From: an uncultured Chloroflexia bacterium | Lineage (GTDB): Bacteria > Chloroflexota > Limnocylindria > Limnocylindrales > CSP1-4 | DNA: 64,000 bases | NCBI GenBank assembly: GCA_963842755.1 | Contig: CAWJIC010000076.1 | Location: 2,867-66,866 of the forward strand | Direction: 5' to 3' | In this document: positions 30,586 to 40,100 of the stretch, one piece after another | Position numbering within the stretch: the stretch's first letter is position 1 | How the letters are laid out: the number at the start of each line of letters is the position of its first letter | The notes under the pieces: model-generated | Databases searched by the model: none | Told to the model about the DNA's origin: nothing | What the model saw: only the letters and a program-made list of their open reading frames with translations | Program-made: the position numbers and the translations under genes

Positions 30586-31067
30586 GTCCTGAGTTCCTCG
30601 TAGCCGCGGACCATGTCCTCGAGCGCGGCGAGGAGTGCTTCCCGGCCGGTCGGGCTCATCCGCTCGGTCAGTTCGCGCAACCGCCGCCGGCCGCGTGCCT
30701 CGTGCTGGTCGCGCACCGATCGCCCGCGTTCATTCAGCTCGACGAGCTTGCGGCGACGATCGGCGGCATCCTCGCGCCGCGTCACGAGCCCGAGACGTGC
30801 CATGCGGTCGATCACGGCCGACGCACTCGCAGGGCTGATGCCGAACACCGACCCGATGTCACTGACGCTGATCGGCTGGCGGCGCGCGATGAGGCTCAAC
30901 ACCCGCAGCTGCAGCTTCGTCAGGTCGTCGCTCCAGTCGGCGGGCGTCTCGCCGATCAACTCCTGGAGCTGGCGTGCGACCACTTCGAACCGGTCGGCGG
31001 TTGCCGCTGCATCGGCGTCCGGCGTCGCACCCCCCTTGGGTCCATCGCCTTGATTCAATGGCATGCT
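30582..31067 (-). CDS. MarR-family transcriptional regulator
   Basis: Winged-helix motif LTKLQLRVLSLIARRQPISVSDIG...VIDRMARLGLVTRREDAADRRRKLVELNERG. It is the first gene of the exporter operon. Confidence 0.85.
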   Translation of the reverse strand, partial: SMPLNQGDGPKGGATPDADAAATADRFEVVARQLQELIGETPADWSDDLTKLQLRVLSLIARRQPISVSDIGSVFGISPASASAVIDRMARLGLVTRREDAADRRRKLVELNERGRSVRDQHEARGRRRLRELTERMSPTGREALLAALEDMVRGYEELRT

Positions 31068-31236
31068 GATAGTCTCTATTGCATTGAAGAACAAGGCAAG
31101 CGTGAAGATCGGTGCGTCGTCGGCAGCCGTAGTTCGCGTTCGCTCGTGGCTTCAACCGTCGCAGATCGCCGGCGTGGGATCGGGAACCACCCGAGCCGCG
31201 GCGACGCTGCCGGGGTCGCGGGTACCCTTCCCCTCG

Positions 31237-32478
31237 ATGCGCTCGCGACGTTCCCCTCCGTCCCGCCCGACCGCCTGGTTCGTCTCGCTCGGCGGCGGCC
31301 TCGACCGCCGGTTCGCTCTCCTCGTCGCGGCGATGTTCACCGGCTTCGTCGGGATCGGGGCGATCCTGCCGGCGCTGCCGCTCCACGTAACCGGCGACCT
31401 CGGCGCCGGGGACATCGAGCTCGGAGTCGTCATCGGCGCGTTCTCGATCGCGGCACTCGCGACCCGCCTCATCTCCGGGCGGTTCGTCGACCAGAGAGGC
31501 CCGCGGCTGGCCCTCCAGGTCGGGCTCGCCGTGTGCTCGATCGGCGGCTTCCTGTTCCTCGTCCCGGCCGGCCTCCCGGGCGTCGTCGTCGCGCGGCTCG
31601 TCCAGGGCTTCGGCGACGCGTTCCTGTTCACGGCCGGCGCGGCCTGGACGATCGATCTCGCTCCGTCCGACCGCCGCGCGCAGGCGCTGGGCCTCCTGGC
31701 GCTCGGGATCTGGGGCGGGCTCGCGCTCGGGCCGGCCGTCGGGACGGTTCTCGGCGGGTATGCCGCGACCGCGCTGTTCGTCGGCCTGATGCCGATTCCC
31801 GTGGTCGTCGCGCTCGGTCGCCCGCGGGGCCGGCGGGCGGATCGCGCGGGATCGCCGGGGGAACGGCCCCGACCCCGGCTCCTCCCGCGGGAGGCGCTTC
31901 GGCCGGGGATCGCGCTGGGCCTGGTCAACGTGGGGTATGCCACGCTCGCCGGGTTCCTCGTGCTGCGGCTCGCCGAGACCGGGGGCGGCGGCAGCGCCGC
32001 GTTCGGGGCGTTCGCGGCCGCGGTTCTCGTCGCCCGGATCCTCCTGCCCACGCTCGTCGACCGACGCGGACCGGCCTTCGGAATGATCCTCGGAACGACG
32101 GTCTTCGCGAGCGGGCTGGTGCTGGTCGCCGTCGCGCCGAGCCCCACGATGGGGGTGGCGGCGGCGGCGCTGTGCGGGCTCGGCTATGCGCTGCCGTGGC
32201 CGTCGATCGCGACCTTCACGCTGTCCCGCGTCGGCGAGCACGAGCGGGGGAGCGCTCTCGGCGTGCTGACGCTGTGCTACGACGCGGCGGTCTTCGTCGG
32301 CGCGATCGGCGCGGGTGTGGTGGCCCACGCGGCCGGCTACCCGGAGGTGTTCTGGCTCGCCGCCGGAGCGGTGGCCGCAGCCGCGGTCGTCGTGCTGCCG
32401 GTCATGCTGCGGGAGCGGCGAGCCGGCGAGCCGACCCTCTCCCCGACGATCGCCGAGGTCGGCCTCACCGAGCCCTGA
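31237..32478 (+). CDS. MFS transporter
   Basis: About 12 TM segments, MFS loop motif (GRFVDQRGPR). Divergent from marR. Start chosen at ATG 31237. Confidence 0.8.
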   Translation: MRSRRSPPSRPTAWFVSLGGGLDRRFALLVAAMFTGFVGIGAILPALPLHVTGDLGAGDIELGVVIGAFSIAALATRLISGRFVDQRGPRLALQVGLAVCSIGGFLFLVPAGLPGVVVARLVQGFGDAFLFTAGAAWTIDLAPSDRRAQALGLLALGIWGGLALGPAVGTVLGGYAATALFVGLMPIPVVVALGRPRGRRADRAGSPGERPRPRLLPREALRPGIALGLVNVGYATLAGFLVLRLAETGGGGSAAFGAFAAAVLVARILLPTLVDRRGPAFGMILGTTVFASGLVLVAVAPSPTMGVAAAALCGLGYALPWPSIATFTLSRVGEHERGSALGVLTLCYDAAVFVGAIGAGVVAHAAGYPEVFWLAAGAVAAAAVVVLPVMLRERRAGEPTLSPTIAEVGLTEP

Positions 32479-32513
32479 CCGAGCCCTGAGCGAGCCCTGA
32501 CCGAGCCCTGAGC
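32466..32513. repeat. 11-bp tandem repeat (ACCGAGCCCTG/AGCGAGCCCTG) x4.4
   Basis: Read directly from the sequence. It spans the MFS stop codon and the region just before the IS1182 flank. Confidence 0.9.
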
Positions 32514-32589
32514 CTCGCGGACCTGGGCTTTGCGCCACGCGCACGAACGTGACCGCTTCAACCGTCCGCGCGTCGGATCCTTGCGTCAC

Positions 32590-34141
32590 GAGCCTGTGAA
32601 TCAATCCGGCCCGGGGGGATTCCCAAACCGAAGCGTCGCAGCTACGATTCCGGCATGGACGACACCCTCTTCGAGCTCCCGCCCACCGAGCCGAACGAGC
32701 GAGCCCCGGAGGCCCGGGGGGCGCCGCGGCTCCAGCGCCCGAACCGGAGCCAGCTCGAACTGCGCTCGGTTGATCTCGACGCCCTCCTGCCGAGCGACCA
32801 TCGGGCACGCCTGGTCTGGGAGTTCGTGGCCGGACTCGATCTGGCGCCGCTGTATGACCGGATCCGGGCGACCGAGGGTCACCCCGGCCGGCCGCCGATC
32901 GACCCCGCGATCCTGACTGCGCTCTGGCTGTACGCCACGCTCGAGGGGGTCGGCAGCGCCCGAGCGCTCGATCGGCTGTGCACCGAGCACGACGCGTACC
33001 GCTGGCTCGCTGGCGGGGTCTCGGTCAACTACCACACCCTCGCCGCGTTCCGGGTGGACCACGGCGAGCTGTTCGACCGGCTGCTGACCGAGAGCGTCGC
33101 GGCGCTCATCGCCGAAGGGCTCGTCAGCCTGGTCCGGGTCGCCCAGGACGGCGTCCGGGTGCGGGCCTCGGCCGGGGGCGGCTCGTTCCGCCGGGCCGAC
33201 GCGCTCGGCCGGGCCCTGGTCGAGGCCGAGACCCAGGTGGCCGCCCTGCGGGCCGAGCTCGAGGACGATCCGGGCGCCACCAGCCGGCGGGTCGCCGCCG
33301 CCCGCGAGCGGGCCGCGACCGAGCGCGTCGAGCGAGTCCGCCGGGCCCTCGCGAAGCTGCCCGCCCTCGATGCCCGCAAGGCCAAGCCCACGTATCGAGG
33401 GCCCAAGACGGCACCCCGGGTCTCGACCACCGATCCCGACGCGCCGTTCATGAAGATGTCCGACGGCGGCTTCCGGCCCGCCTACAACGGCCAGCTCGCG
33501 ACCGACACGAAGAGCCAGATCATCGTCGGGCTCGACCTCGCCCCGACGACCGATCCCGAACAGCTCGGCCCGATGGTCGACCAGCTCGCTCGACGCTACG
33601 GGCGCGCGCCCGCCGAGCACTCGTCGACGGCGGCTATCGGAACCTGCCCGAGCTCACCCGGCTCGCCGCACCCGACTGCGGCACGACCCTCTACATGCCG
33701 GTCCCTCGACCGCGCAACCCGGCCCGCGATCCCCACCTGCCCCGCTACCGCGACACCCCCGCGGTCATCGCCTGGCGGGCCCGGATGGGCACCCCGGCGG
33801 CGAAGGAGATCTACCGCGAGCGGGCTTCGAGCGCCGAGTGCGTGAACGCGATCGCCCGCAACCGGGGCCTGCGGGCGTTCGGGGTGCGCGGCCTCGCGAA
33901 GGCCCGGGCCGTCCTGGTCTGGTTCGCCCTGGCCCACTGTGATCACCCTCCGGGCGGCCGCTCAGGCGAGCTGACCCCTCCGAGGAGCCCACGCGGGCCT
34001 CCCTCGGGGCTCCCTCGGGGCTGCTCTGGCCCCCGCCCACATCCTCAATCGCGCCCCCGCGACGGCCCTTGCCCGGACCAGGCTCCCGCTCGGTCTGGCG
34101 ATCTCCTCACGAGGGCCGAAACCCGTTTGGTTCACGGCCTC
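32590..34141 (+). mobile_element. IS1182-family (IS5-like) insertion sequence, transposase frameshifted near 33615 and 33935
   Basis: The transposase runs 32655 to ~33974 in two to three frames (LPSDHRARLVWEFVAGLDLAPLY..., DGGYRNLPELTRL..., ECVNAIARNRGLRAFGVRGLAKARAVLVWFALAH). The imperfect terminal inverted repeats GAGCCTGTGAATCAATCCGG (32590) and GAGGCCGTGAACCAAACGGG (complement of 34122-34141) match at 15/20 positions. Confidence 0.7.
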
Positions 34142-34292
34142 CTACGCGCACGGAACGTCACCAACGTTGCGTCACCCGCATGATTCCGACCGTTTCGGCG
34201 TCGTGGAGGTCGCGCTCATTCGTCACGCGCAAACCAGCGGCCCCGCGGCCGGACCGGGGTGCGTCGGCTGCGGCCGTCGTGTCCGCTGCGGC

Positions 34293-34968
34293 TCAGTCCG
34301 CCGGGCCGTCTCCCGATCCGGGCCGGAGCGAGCCGACGAGCAACGCGACGCCGATGAGGACGAGGACGGCCGGCCAGAACGCGCCCAGCTCGAGGTCCGG
34401 AACGAGCGTCTGGAGCAGGAAGTACCCGCCGATGACGACCAGGACGAGCCCGGCGATCGCCGTCCCGATGCCGCTCCGCTCACGACGCGGTGGGCGTCGC
34501 GGCATGGACCACGGCGGGGGACCCGGCGGGCCCCCGGGCGTCCAGGCGCCGGACGGCGGGCCGCCCTGCGGCGGTGTTGCGCCCTGCTCGGGCCCAGCGA
34601 ACGCCGCGCCAGCCGCCCCGCCGGCTGCCGGCCCGCCCGCCGCGCCCTGCTCGCTCTCGGCGAACGCCCCACCCGGCTCGCCCGCGGACGCCGGACCGGC
34701 ACCGCTGCCGGCCGGGCCCCAGCCGGGCACCGCACCCGGCCCCGGGGCGCCACTCCAGGCGGCCCAACGGTCGAGGCCCGCCGGCGCCTCGGGCACGACG
34801 AAGGCCATGACGACGTACAGGAGGAAGAACAGGCCGCCGCTCAGGAACACGAGGATGACCCAGCCGATCCTGACCAGCGACGGATCGATGTCGAATTCGC
34901 TCGGCGACCCCGCCGGCGACCCCCGCGAAGACCCGCTCGTCGCGCGAGCGGAACAGCCGATCGTTCAC
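34293..34968 (-). CDS. PspC-domain membrane protein (one frameshift near 34895)
   Basis: GTG at 34968 overlaps the upstream stop (GTGA). VNDRLFRSRDERVFAGVAGGVAE then shifts frame to FDIDPSLVRIGWVILVFLSGGLFFLLYVVMAFVVPE, the PspC motif. A Pro/Gly/Ala-rich linker and a second TM follow. Confidence 0.7.
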
Positions 34969-35945
34969 CTGCAGCCACCTTCCGGGTCGAGCTCCATCCG
35001 CCCGACGTTCGCCGTGGCGGACAGCTCGATCTTCGTCGTCGCCGTGTCGAAGCCCGGCGTCGTCCAGGTCGAGCCGCTCTTCGTCAGGCCCCGCTCGCCG
35101 AAGTTGTTCGAGGCCAGGAAGTTGTCGTTCGTCGAGATCCGCAGCCCGGCTCCCGCCGGCAGACAGAACCCGAACGAGCCGGCGTTGACCGTGAACGAGC
35201 CCGAGAAGCTCGCGGCCGGCAGGGCGATCCGCATCGAGCCGGCGTTGAGCGTGGAGCTCATCGAGCCGACCGTCGCGCCGCTCAGGTCGGCCGTCACGCT
35301 TCCGGCATTCGTCGTCATCGAGACGGACGACAGGCGGGCGCCGGCGAGGTCGTAGCGGGCGCTGCCGGCGTTCACCGTCGCGCTCAGGGCAAGCGTCGGA
35401 TCGGTCGGCAGGGTGAGAGCCCAGGTCTCCCGCCCGCCGGCCGGACCGAACGGGGCGGACCACGCGCGGCGGGCCTGGCGGACCTCGAGCCGGTCCGGCC
35501 TCGCCTCGACGGCCGGGACCCTGCCGTCCGGAGCCGTCCCCGACAGCGTCCAGCCGCCGCCCGGCGCGGTCCCGACGGTGACCTCCGCGCAGTTGACCTC
35601 GAGCGAGACGGACGCGGTCGAGGTGACCGTCCCGGTCTGGGTCGCGAAGGGCGTGGTCGCCGCGCCCGGGCCGCAAGCGAATCCGAAGTCGCCCGTGCCG
35701 CCACCCGCCAGGAGTCCGCCAAGCATCAGCCCGAACGTCGCGGCGACGAGAAGCCCGCCCGCGAACGCGACCGGCGTCCGCCGCAGGACGAGGCCGATCC
35801 CCGAGCCGACCAGGAGGAGCGGCCAGAGCCGCCACCAGCCGGTGACGGCGTCGGCCTCGGTCCAGCGGAGCTGGACGGCGAGCGGGACGAGCCCGAGCAG
35901 GATGAAGAACACGCCCCAGTTCAGGAAGCGACGATCGACGTGCAC
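34965..35945 (-). CDS. membrane-anchored Toastrack/LiaF-like (DUF4097/DUF2154-type) repeat protein
   Basis: N-terminal TM helices are followed by periodic beta-strand repeats: TVNAGSARYDLAGA, TTNAGSVTADLSGA, TLNAGSMRIALPAA, TVNAGSFGFCLPAG. Start is GTG 35945 or TTG 35951, after GGGGAGG. Confidence 0.65.
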   Translation of the reverse strand: MHVDRRFLNWGVFFILLGLVPLAVQLRWTEADAVTGWWRLWPLLLVGSGIGLVLRRTPVAFAGGLLVAATFGLMLGGLLAGGGTGDFGFACGPGAATTPFATQTGTVTSTASVSLEVNCAEVTVGTAPGGGWTLSGTAPDGRVPAVEARPDRLEVRQARRAWSAPFGPAGGRETWALTLPTDPTLALSATVNAGSARYDLAGARLSSVSMTTNAGSVTADLSGATVGSMSSTLNAGSMRIALPAASFSGSFTVNAGSFGFCLPAGAGLRISTNDNFLASNNFGERGLTKSGSTWTTPGFDTATTKIELSATANVGRMELDPEGGCR

Positions 35946-36079
35946 GCTCAACCTCCCCTCGCCTTCGGGGTGCCCCGACGCCGAGCGCATGGTAGCCTCG
36001 GCACGACCGCGGCGCCCGGGCCGGAAGACCCGTTTCGCCGGTCACTACGGGGAAGCCGAGACTCGACGGGGAGGTCGAC

Positions 36080-36583
36080 ATGCGACTGAGCGAGTGGCGC
36101 GCGGCGGCGCCGCACCGCGATTTCCTGACGGCCAAGGTGGAGGCCGCGATCCGTCCCGTCCTGGGTGGCTTCGGGGCCGACGCGGATCCCGAGTGCTGGG
36201 TCCTGTGGGGTGACGACCCGCAGATTCGCTGGTTCCTGATGGTGCCCACGCCGGAGGGTATGGCGGAGATCGGCGTCCGGTTGAACGTCCCGCAGGAGGG
36301 ACCGCGCGCCTCGGGCAAGCTCGTCCGCTGGAGCCGGGTCCAGGTCGGCGACTTCCAGATCGAGACGCACGGCGGCCACCGGCTCCTGAGCTTCCAGATC
36401 GAGAGCCAGGTCTTCCGCGCCGTCGATGCCGAGTGCGACGCGATGTCCGCCTTCATCCGCAGGGTCTTCGCGGCGATCGACGGCCGGCCGTTCCCCGAAC
36501 TCACGCCGACTCGGACCGCTGCCAAGCGTGCCGCGACCCCTCGGTCGACCACCACCCGCACCCCGGCTCGCCGGACGACGTGA
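36080..36583 (+). CDS. hypothetical protein
   Basis: 167-aa ORF with coding-like composition, coupled by GTGA to the downstream HAD gene. No family was recognised. Confidence 0.5.
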   Translation: MRLSEWRAAAPHRDFLTAKVEAAIRPVLGGFGADADPECWVLWGDDPQIRWFLMVPTPEGMAEIGVRLNVPQEGPRASGKLVRWSRVQVGDFQIETHGGHRLLSFQIESQVFRAVDAECDAMSAFIRRVFAAIDGRPFPELTPTRTAAKRAATPRSTTTRTPARRTT

Positions 36584-37257
36584 GGCGACCGGGCGAGCCG
36601 TTCGCGGCGGTCATCTTCGACCTCGACGGGGTCCTCGTCGACGCCGAGATCTGGTGGGACGAGGTCCGGATCGAGTTCGCCCGTCGACACGGCCGGACCT
36701 GGACCGAAGCGGACCGCGCCGCGATCATGGGCGCCAACTCGGTCGGCTGGTCGACGACCATGCGCGAGCGCCTGGGCCTGCACGAGCTCGCTCGCGAGGC
36801 GGTCGAGGACGAGGTCGTCACCGCGATGGAGGAGCGCTACCGGGCCGCCGGCGCGCCCCGGATCGAGGGCGCGGTCGAGGCCGTCCGGCGGGTGTCGGAG
36901 GACCTCCCGGTCGCAGTCGCCTCGTCGGCGCCGATGTCGATCATCCGGGCGGCGGTCAGTTCGCTCGGGATCGCCGGGCTGTTCGGGGCGATCGTCTCGT
37001 CCGATGAGGTCACGGCCGGAAAACCGGCCCCCGACGTCTACCTCCTCGCGGCGGAGCGGCTCGGCGTGGACCCCGCGGCGTGCCTCGTCGTGGAGGACTC
37101 GCTCAACGGGGTGCTCGCTGGACGGGCGGCAGGAATGGTCGTCGCACTCGTGCCGAACCGGGCGATCCCGCCGGCGCCGGGGGCGCGAGAGGGGGCCTCG
37201 ATCGTCCTCGACCTGATCGACCAGGTCGATCCGCGGCGGCTCGCCGGCCTCGTCTGA
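36580..37257 (+). CDS. HAD-superfamily hydrolase (beta-phosphoglucomutase/phosphatase-like)
   Basis: GTG at 36580. Motif I VIFDLDGVLVD, motif III/IV GKPAPDVY and VVEDSLNGVLAGRAAGM. Confidence 0.8.
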   Translation: MRRPGEPFAAVIFDLDGVLVDAEIWWDEVRIEFARRHGRTWTEADRAAIMGANSVGWSTTMRERLGLHELAREAVEDEVVTAMEERYRAAGAPRIEGAVEAVRRVSEDLPVAVASSAPMSIIRAAVSSLGIAGLFGAIVSSDEVTAGKPAPDVYLLAAERLGVDPAACLVVEDSLNGVLAGRAAGMVVALVPNRAIPPAPGAREGASIVLDLIDQVDPRRLAGLV

Positions 37258-37320
37258 CGGGGCTCCCGGGCGGGTCCGCGGGGTGACGGCGCGCCATGTG
37301 CTCCATGCCATACTCCGGCC

Positions 37321-38103
37321 GTGATCGTCAACAAGACAGCCAGCCCGCATCCCGCAGCGGAGGCCCACCTGCCCGGCCCGGCGATCCATCCGATTCGCCG
37401 GACGATCCGCTACGGCATCGCGCGGCTCGCCGCCTCGGTCATCGTCCGGGTCCTGTTCCGGGTCCGCGTCGAAGGTCGCGAGCGGCTGTCCGCCGGACCG
37501 TCGCTGGTCTGCTTCAGCCATCAGAGCTGGATCGACCCGTTCGTCCTCCTGGCGGTGATGCCGTGGCGCCCTCGCCTCTACTTCTTCGGGCCGAGAGAGG
37601 AGGACATGACCGTGGGCGGGCGGAACCGGCTGATGGCCTGGACCGGGACCCCGGTACCGTACAAGCCGGGCAAGAACGATCTCCTCGAGGCGACGCGCCG
37701 GGTGAAGGCGATCTTCGACGCCGGCGGCGTCCTGGCCATCGCCGGCGAGGGAACGATCCACGCCGGGGAGGGGGAGCTCCTGCCGCTCAACGAGGGTGCG
37801 GCGTTCTTCGCCATCCGCTCCGGTGTTCCGATCGTCCCGGTCGCCATCAACGGAACCAGCTGGCTCGCCTTCGGGAGACGGATCCGGGTCAGGATCGGAG
37901 AGCCGATCCCGACCGCCGGCAGGCCGACCCGGGAGGCGGTCACCGCCCTGACCGACCACACCTGGGCAACCCTGCGCGAGCTCTGCCAGGGCTACCCCGA
38001 TCCCGTCCCGCCGGTACCCGGCAGCCCCTGGGCCCGGCTCACCGAGGCGTTCAACGAGTGGCCCGAGGGCAGGCGCCCGCCGGGGCCACCGACCCGCGGC
38101 TGA
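37321..38103 (+). CDS. plsC: 1-acyl-sn-glycerol-3-phosphate acyltransferase family protein
   Basis: HX4D motif (FSHQSWIDPF), IAGEGT acyltransferase block III, 260 aa. Confidence 0.8.
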   Translation: MIVNKTASPHPAAEAHLPGPAIHPIRRTIRYGIARLAASVIVRVLFRVRVEGRERLSAGPSLVCFSHQSWIDPFVLLAVMPWRPRLYFFGPREEDMTVGGRNRLMAWTGTPVPYKPGKNDLLEATRRVKAIFDAGGVLAIAGEGTIHAGEGELLPLNEGAAFFAIRSGVPIVPVAINGTSWLAFGRRIRVRIGEPIPTAGRPTREAVTALTDHTWATLRELCQGYPDPVPPVPGSPWARLTEAFNEWPEGRRPPGPPTRG

Positions 38104-38146
38104 ACCTGCGATACTTCGCGCCGATCGAACGAGTCGAGGAGGACCA

Positions 38147-38512
38147 GTGGGAGCGACGGGACTCGCCGCGAACCCGACCGAGTATCGGGAGCGGCTCCGG
38201 GAGCAGGACGACGCCCAGATCGACGCCTGGGCCTCTGAGCTCATGCGGGACACAGCAACCAGGCGTGGCGTCCTGCGCGTCCTCGCCGACCTGCGCACCG
38301 CGGCCCGGCTCGACGATCGGTCGCTCGAGCGGGTGTACGCGGCCGGCGGCGGTCCGCCAGCGACCCTCGGCCGAGATGCCGGGGGCCGGGTGATCGTCCC
38401 CGCGATCGCCCTCCACTGTCTCGTGGCCGGGATCCGGCGTGAGACGCCTGACGGTCGCGAGCGCCTCATCGAGTACCTGGTCGAGAGCTTCGAGGAGCTC
38501 GTCTACGTCTGA
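38147..38512 (+). CDS. hypothetical protein
   Basis: 121-aa ORF; no family was recognised. Confidence 0.45.
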   Translation: MGATGLAANPTEYRERLREQDDAQIDAWASELMRDTATRRGVLRVLADLRTAARLDDRSLERVYAAGGGPPATLGRDAGGRVIVPAIALHCLVAGIRRETPDGRERLIEYLVESFEELVYV

Positions 38513-39428
38513 CCCGGCGCCGGGTCCGCCCGACGTTCGTCTCCCGGCCGAGCGGCCGGGCCTCGCCGCCCGCCTCTCCGGCCTCGCCGCCCGCCTCTCC
38601 GGCCTCGCCCGGCTCGGACATCCGTTCCCGTCGCTCCTCGATGGGGTCGTCACCGGGCTGCTGGCCGGGCTCGCCGGCGCGGATTCGGCCCGTGCCGCTC
38701 TCCTCGGAGGGGCGATGGTCGCGCTGCAGGTGTCCATCGGCGCGCTCAACGACCTCGTGGACGTGGAACGGGACCGTGGCCGGAAGTCGCGCAAGCCGAT
38801 CCCGGCCGGCCTGGTGGGGCGGGGGAGCGCCCGGATCATCGTCGGCGTCGGGCTCCTCCTCGGGCTCGCCCTGTCGGCTTCGGTCGGCGTCGCGACGCTC
38901 GTGGTGGCCATCGGCGGGACGGCCGCGGGCTACCTCTACGACCTCCGCCTGAAGGCGACCCCGTGGGCCTGGCTGCCGTTCGCCGTCGGGATCCCGCTCC
39001 TGCCGGTCTTCGCCTGGGTCGGTGCCACTGGCCGGATCCCTCCCGCCTTCGCCCTCCTCATCCCGCTGGCGGTCGCGGCGGGCGCGGGGATCGCCCTGGC
39101 CAACGGCCTGGCCGACGTGGAGCGGGACCGGGCGGCCGGGCTCGACACGCCAGCGATCCGCCTGGGACCTGACCGCGCCTGGCGGATCGCGGCCGGGCTC
39201 CAGGCGGCGGTGGTGCTCGGGACGGTCGGATCGCTGGTCGTCGCCGGCGCCTCCGCGGTCGCGTTCGCGGTGACGGCCGGTGGGGTCGGGCTGGCCCTGC
39301 TGGGCGCCGTCCTCGGCCGGGCTGCCGATCCCCGATTTCGGGAGCGGGGCTGGGAGACCGGGGCGGTGGGTCTCGGGCTGCTGGCGGCCGGGTGGGCGAT
39401 CGGCCTTGCCGGGCGCGGCCTCCTCTAG
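38439..39428 (+). CDS. UbiA-family prenyltransferase (start unresolved)
   Basis: Motifs NDLVDVERDRGRK and DVERDRAAGLDT (Asp-rich), about 8 TM helices. No in-frame start exists between 38511 and the first TM, so either the ATG at 38439 (74-nt overlap) is used or an indel lies in the N-terminal repeat. Confidence 0.7.
   Translation: MRRLTVASASSSTWSRASRSSSTSDPAPGPPDVRLPAERPGLAARLSGLAARLSGLARLGHPFPSLLDGVVTGLLAGLAGADSARAALLGGAMVALQVSIGALNDLVDVERDRGRKSRKPIPAGLVGRGSARIIVGVGLLLGLALSASVGVATLVVAIGGTAAGYLYDLRLKATPWAWLPFAVGIPLLPVFAWVGATGRIPPAFALLIPLAVAAGAGIALANGLADVERDRAAGLDTPAIRLGPDRAWRIAAGLQAAVVLGTVGSLVVAGASAVAFAVTAGGVGLALLGAVLGRAADPRFRERGWETGAVGLGLLAAGWAIGLAGRGLL
38559..38609. repeat. 21-bp tandem repeat x2.4 (encodes GLAARLS GLAARLS GLA)
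   Basis: GGCCTCGCCGCCCGCCTCTCC is repeated perfectly, in frame, within the N-terminus of the UbiA ORF. Confidence 0.9.
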
Positions 39429-39500
39429 GAGGGGTCCCGCCACGACCTTGGGACCATCGGCCGGCCGGCGGACCCCTAACGCGACGCGGGATGGCTCGTT

Positions 39501-39509
39501 TGGTAGGAT
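39501..39509 (+). promoter_or_regulatory. candidate extended -10 promoter (TGgTAGGAT)
   Basis: TGGTAGGAT lies ~12 nt upstream of AAGGAGG and the ATG at 39539. Confidence 0.3.
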
Positions 39510-39538
39510 ACGCACGACCCAAGGAGGTACTCGATCTG

Positions 39539-39967
39539 ATGATCCAATTCCGCAGCATCCTCATCGCTCTCGTCGCCCTCGCCCTGTCGGCGGGCGCCGT
39601 GTTCGCCGTAGGTCAGATGTCCACGGCTTCTAAATCCGGCCTGAAGACCGCCTCGGAGGCCGCCGACAAGACCGTCCCGGTCCGCACCGCCGAGGAAGAC
39701 GTGGCCGACACGGATGAGGACGTCGAGGCCGACACGGATGAGGACGTCGAGGCCGACACGGATGAGGACGCCGACGCGGCGACCCATCCGGACAACCACG
39801 GCAAGCTCGTCTCGGAAGCCGCCCATCTCGACACCCTTCCGCCTGGCTTCGACAACCGCGGGGCGTATGTCTCGTCGATCGCGAAGCAGAATCACGGGCA
39901 GGTCACGGCCACCGAGAAGAAGGCCGGCCACGGCAAGCCGGACGACGCGGGCAAGCCCACCAACTGA
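39539..39967 (+). CDS. secreted acidic repeat protein (hypothetical)
   Basis: ATG follows AAGGAGG. Signal peptide MIQFRSILIALVALALSAGAVFA, three DTDEDVEA repeats, and two NHG(K/Q)xV(S/T) motifs. Confidence 0.7.
   Translation: MIQFRSILIALVALALSAGAVFAVGQMSTASKSGLKTASEAADKTVPVRTAEEDVADTDEDVEADTDEDVEADTDEDADAATHPDNHGKLVSEAAHLDTLPPGFDNRGAYVSSIAKQNHGQVTATEKKAGHGKPDDAGKPTN
39704..39775. repeat. 24-bp tandem repeat x3 (GCCGACACGGATGAGGACGTCGAG)
   Basis: Two perfect copies plus one diverged copy, in frame, encoding ADTDEDVE. Confidence 0.9.
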
Positions 39968-40027
39968 TCCGAGATCACCCCTCGCTGCCAGAGGCGCGCC
40001 AAGCCGCGCCGACCACCCGAGAATCGA

Positions 40028-40056
40028 GAAGCCGGCGCTCCTGTGGCGCCGGCTTC
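40028..40056. terminator. hairpin between convergent genes (candidate bidirectional terminator)
   Basis: GAAGCCGGCGC / GCGCCGGCTTC forms an 11-bp perfect stem with a 7-nt loop, between the stops at 39967 (+) and 40101 (-). Confidence 0.5.
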
Positions 40057-40100
40057 GTCGTGTTCGGGGTGGCTGCCCGGGCGGGTCGCCCGGGCCCCGG

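Noticed and set aside
34480-38469. 1329-aa minus-strand ORF, plus similar very long ORFs (e.g. 9083-10975, 30859-32808, 41927-43888, 51967-53934, 6216-7814) that lie antisense or out of frame to recognisable genes
   Set aside because: They are Arg/Pro/Gly/Ala-rich low-complexity translations, typical of stop-poor shadow frames in ~70% GC DNA. Each overlaps genes with clear family motifs on the other strand or frame.
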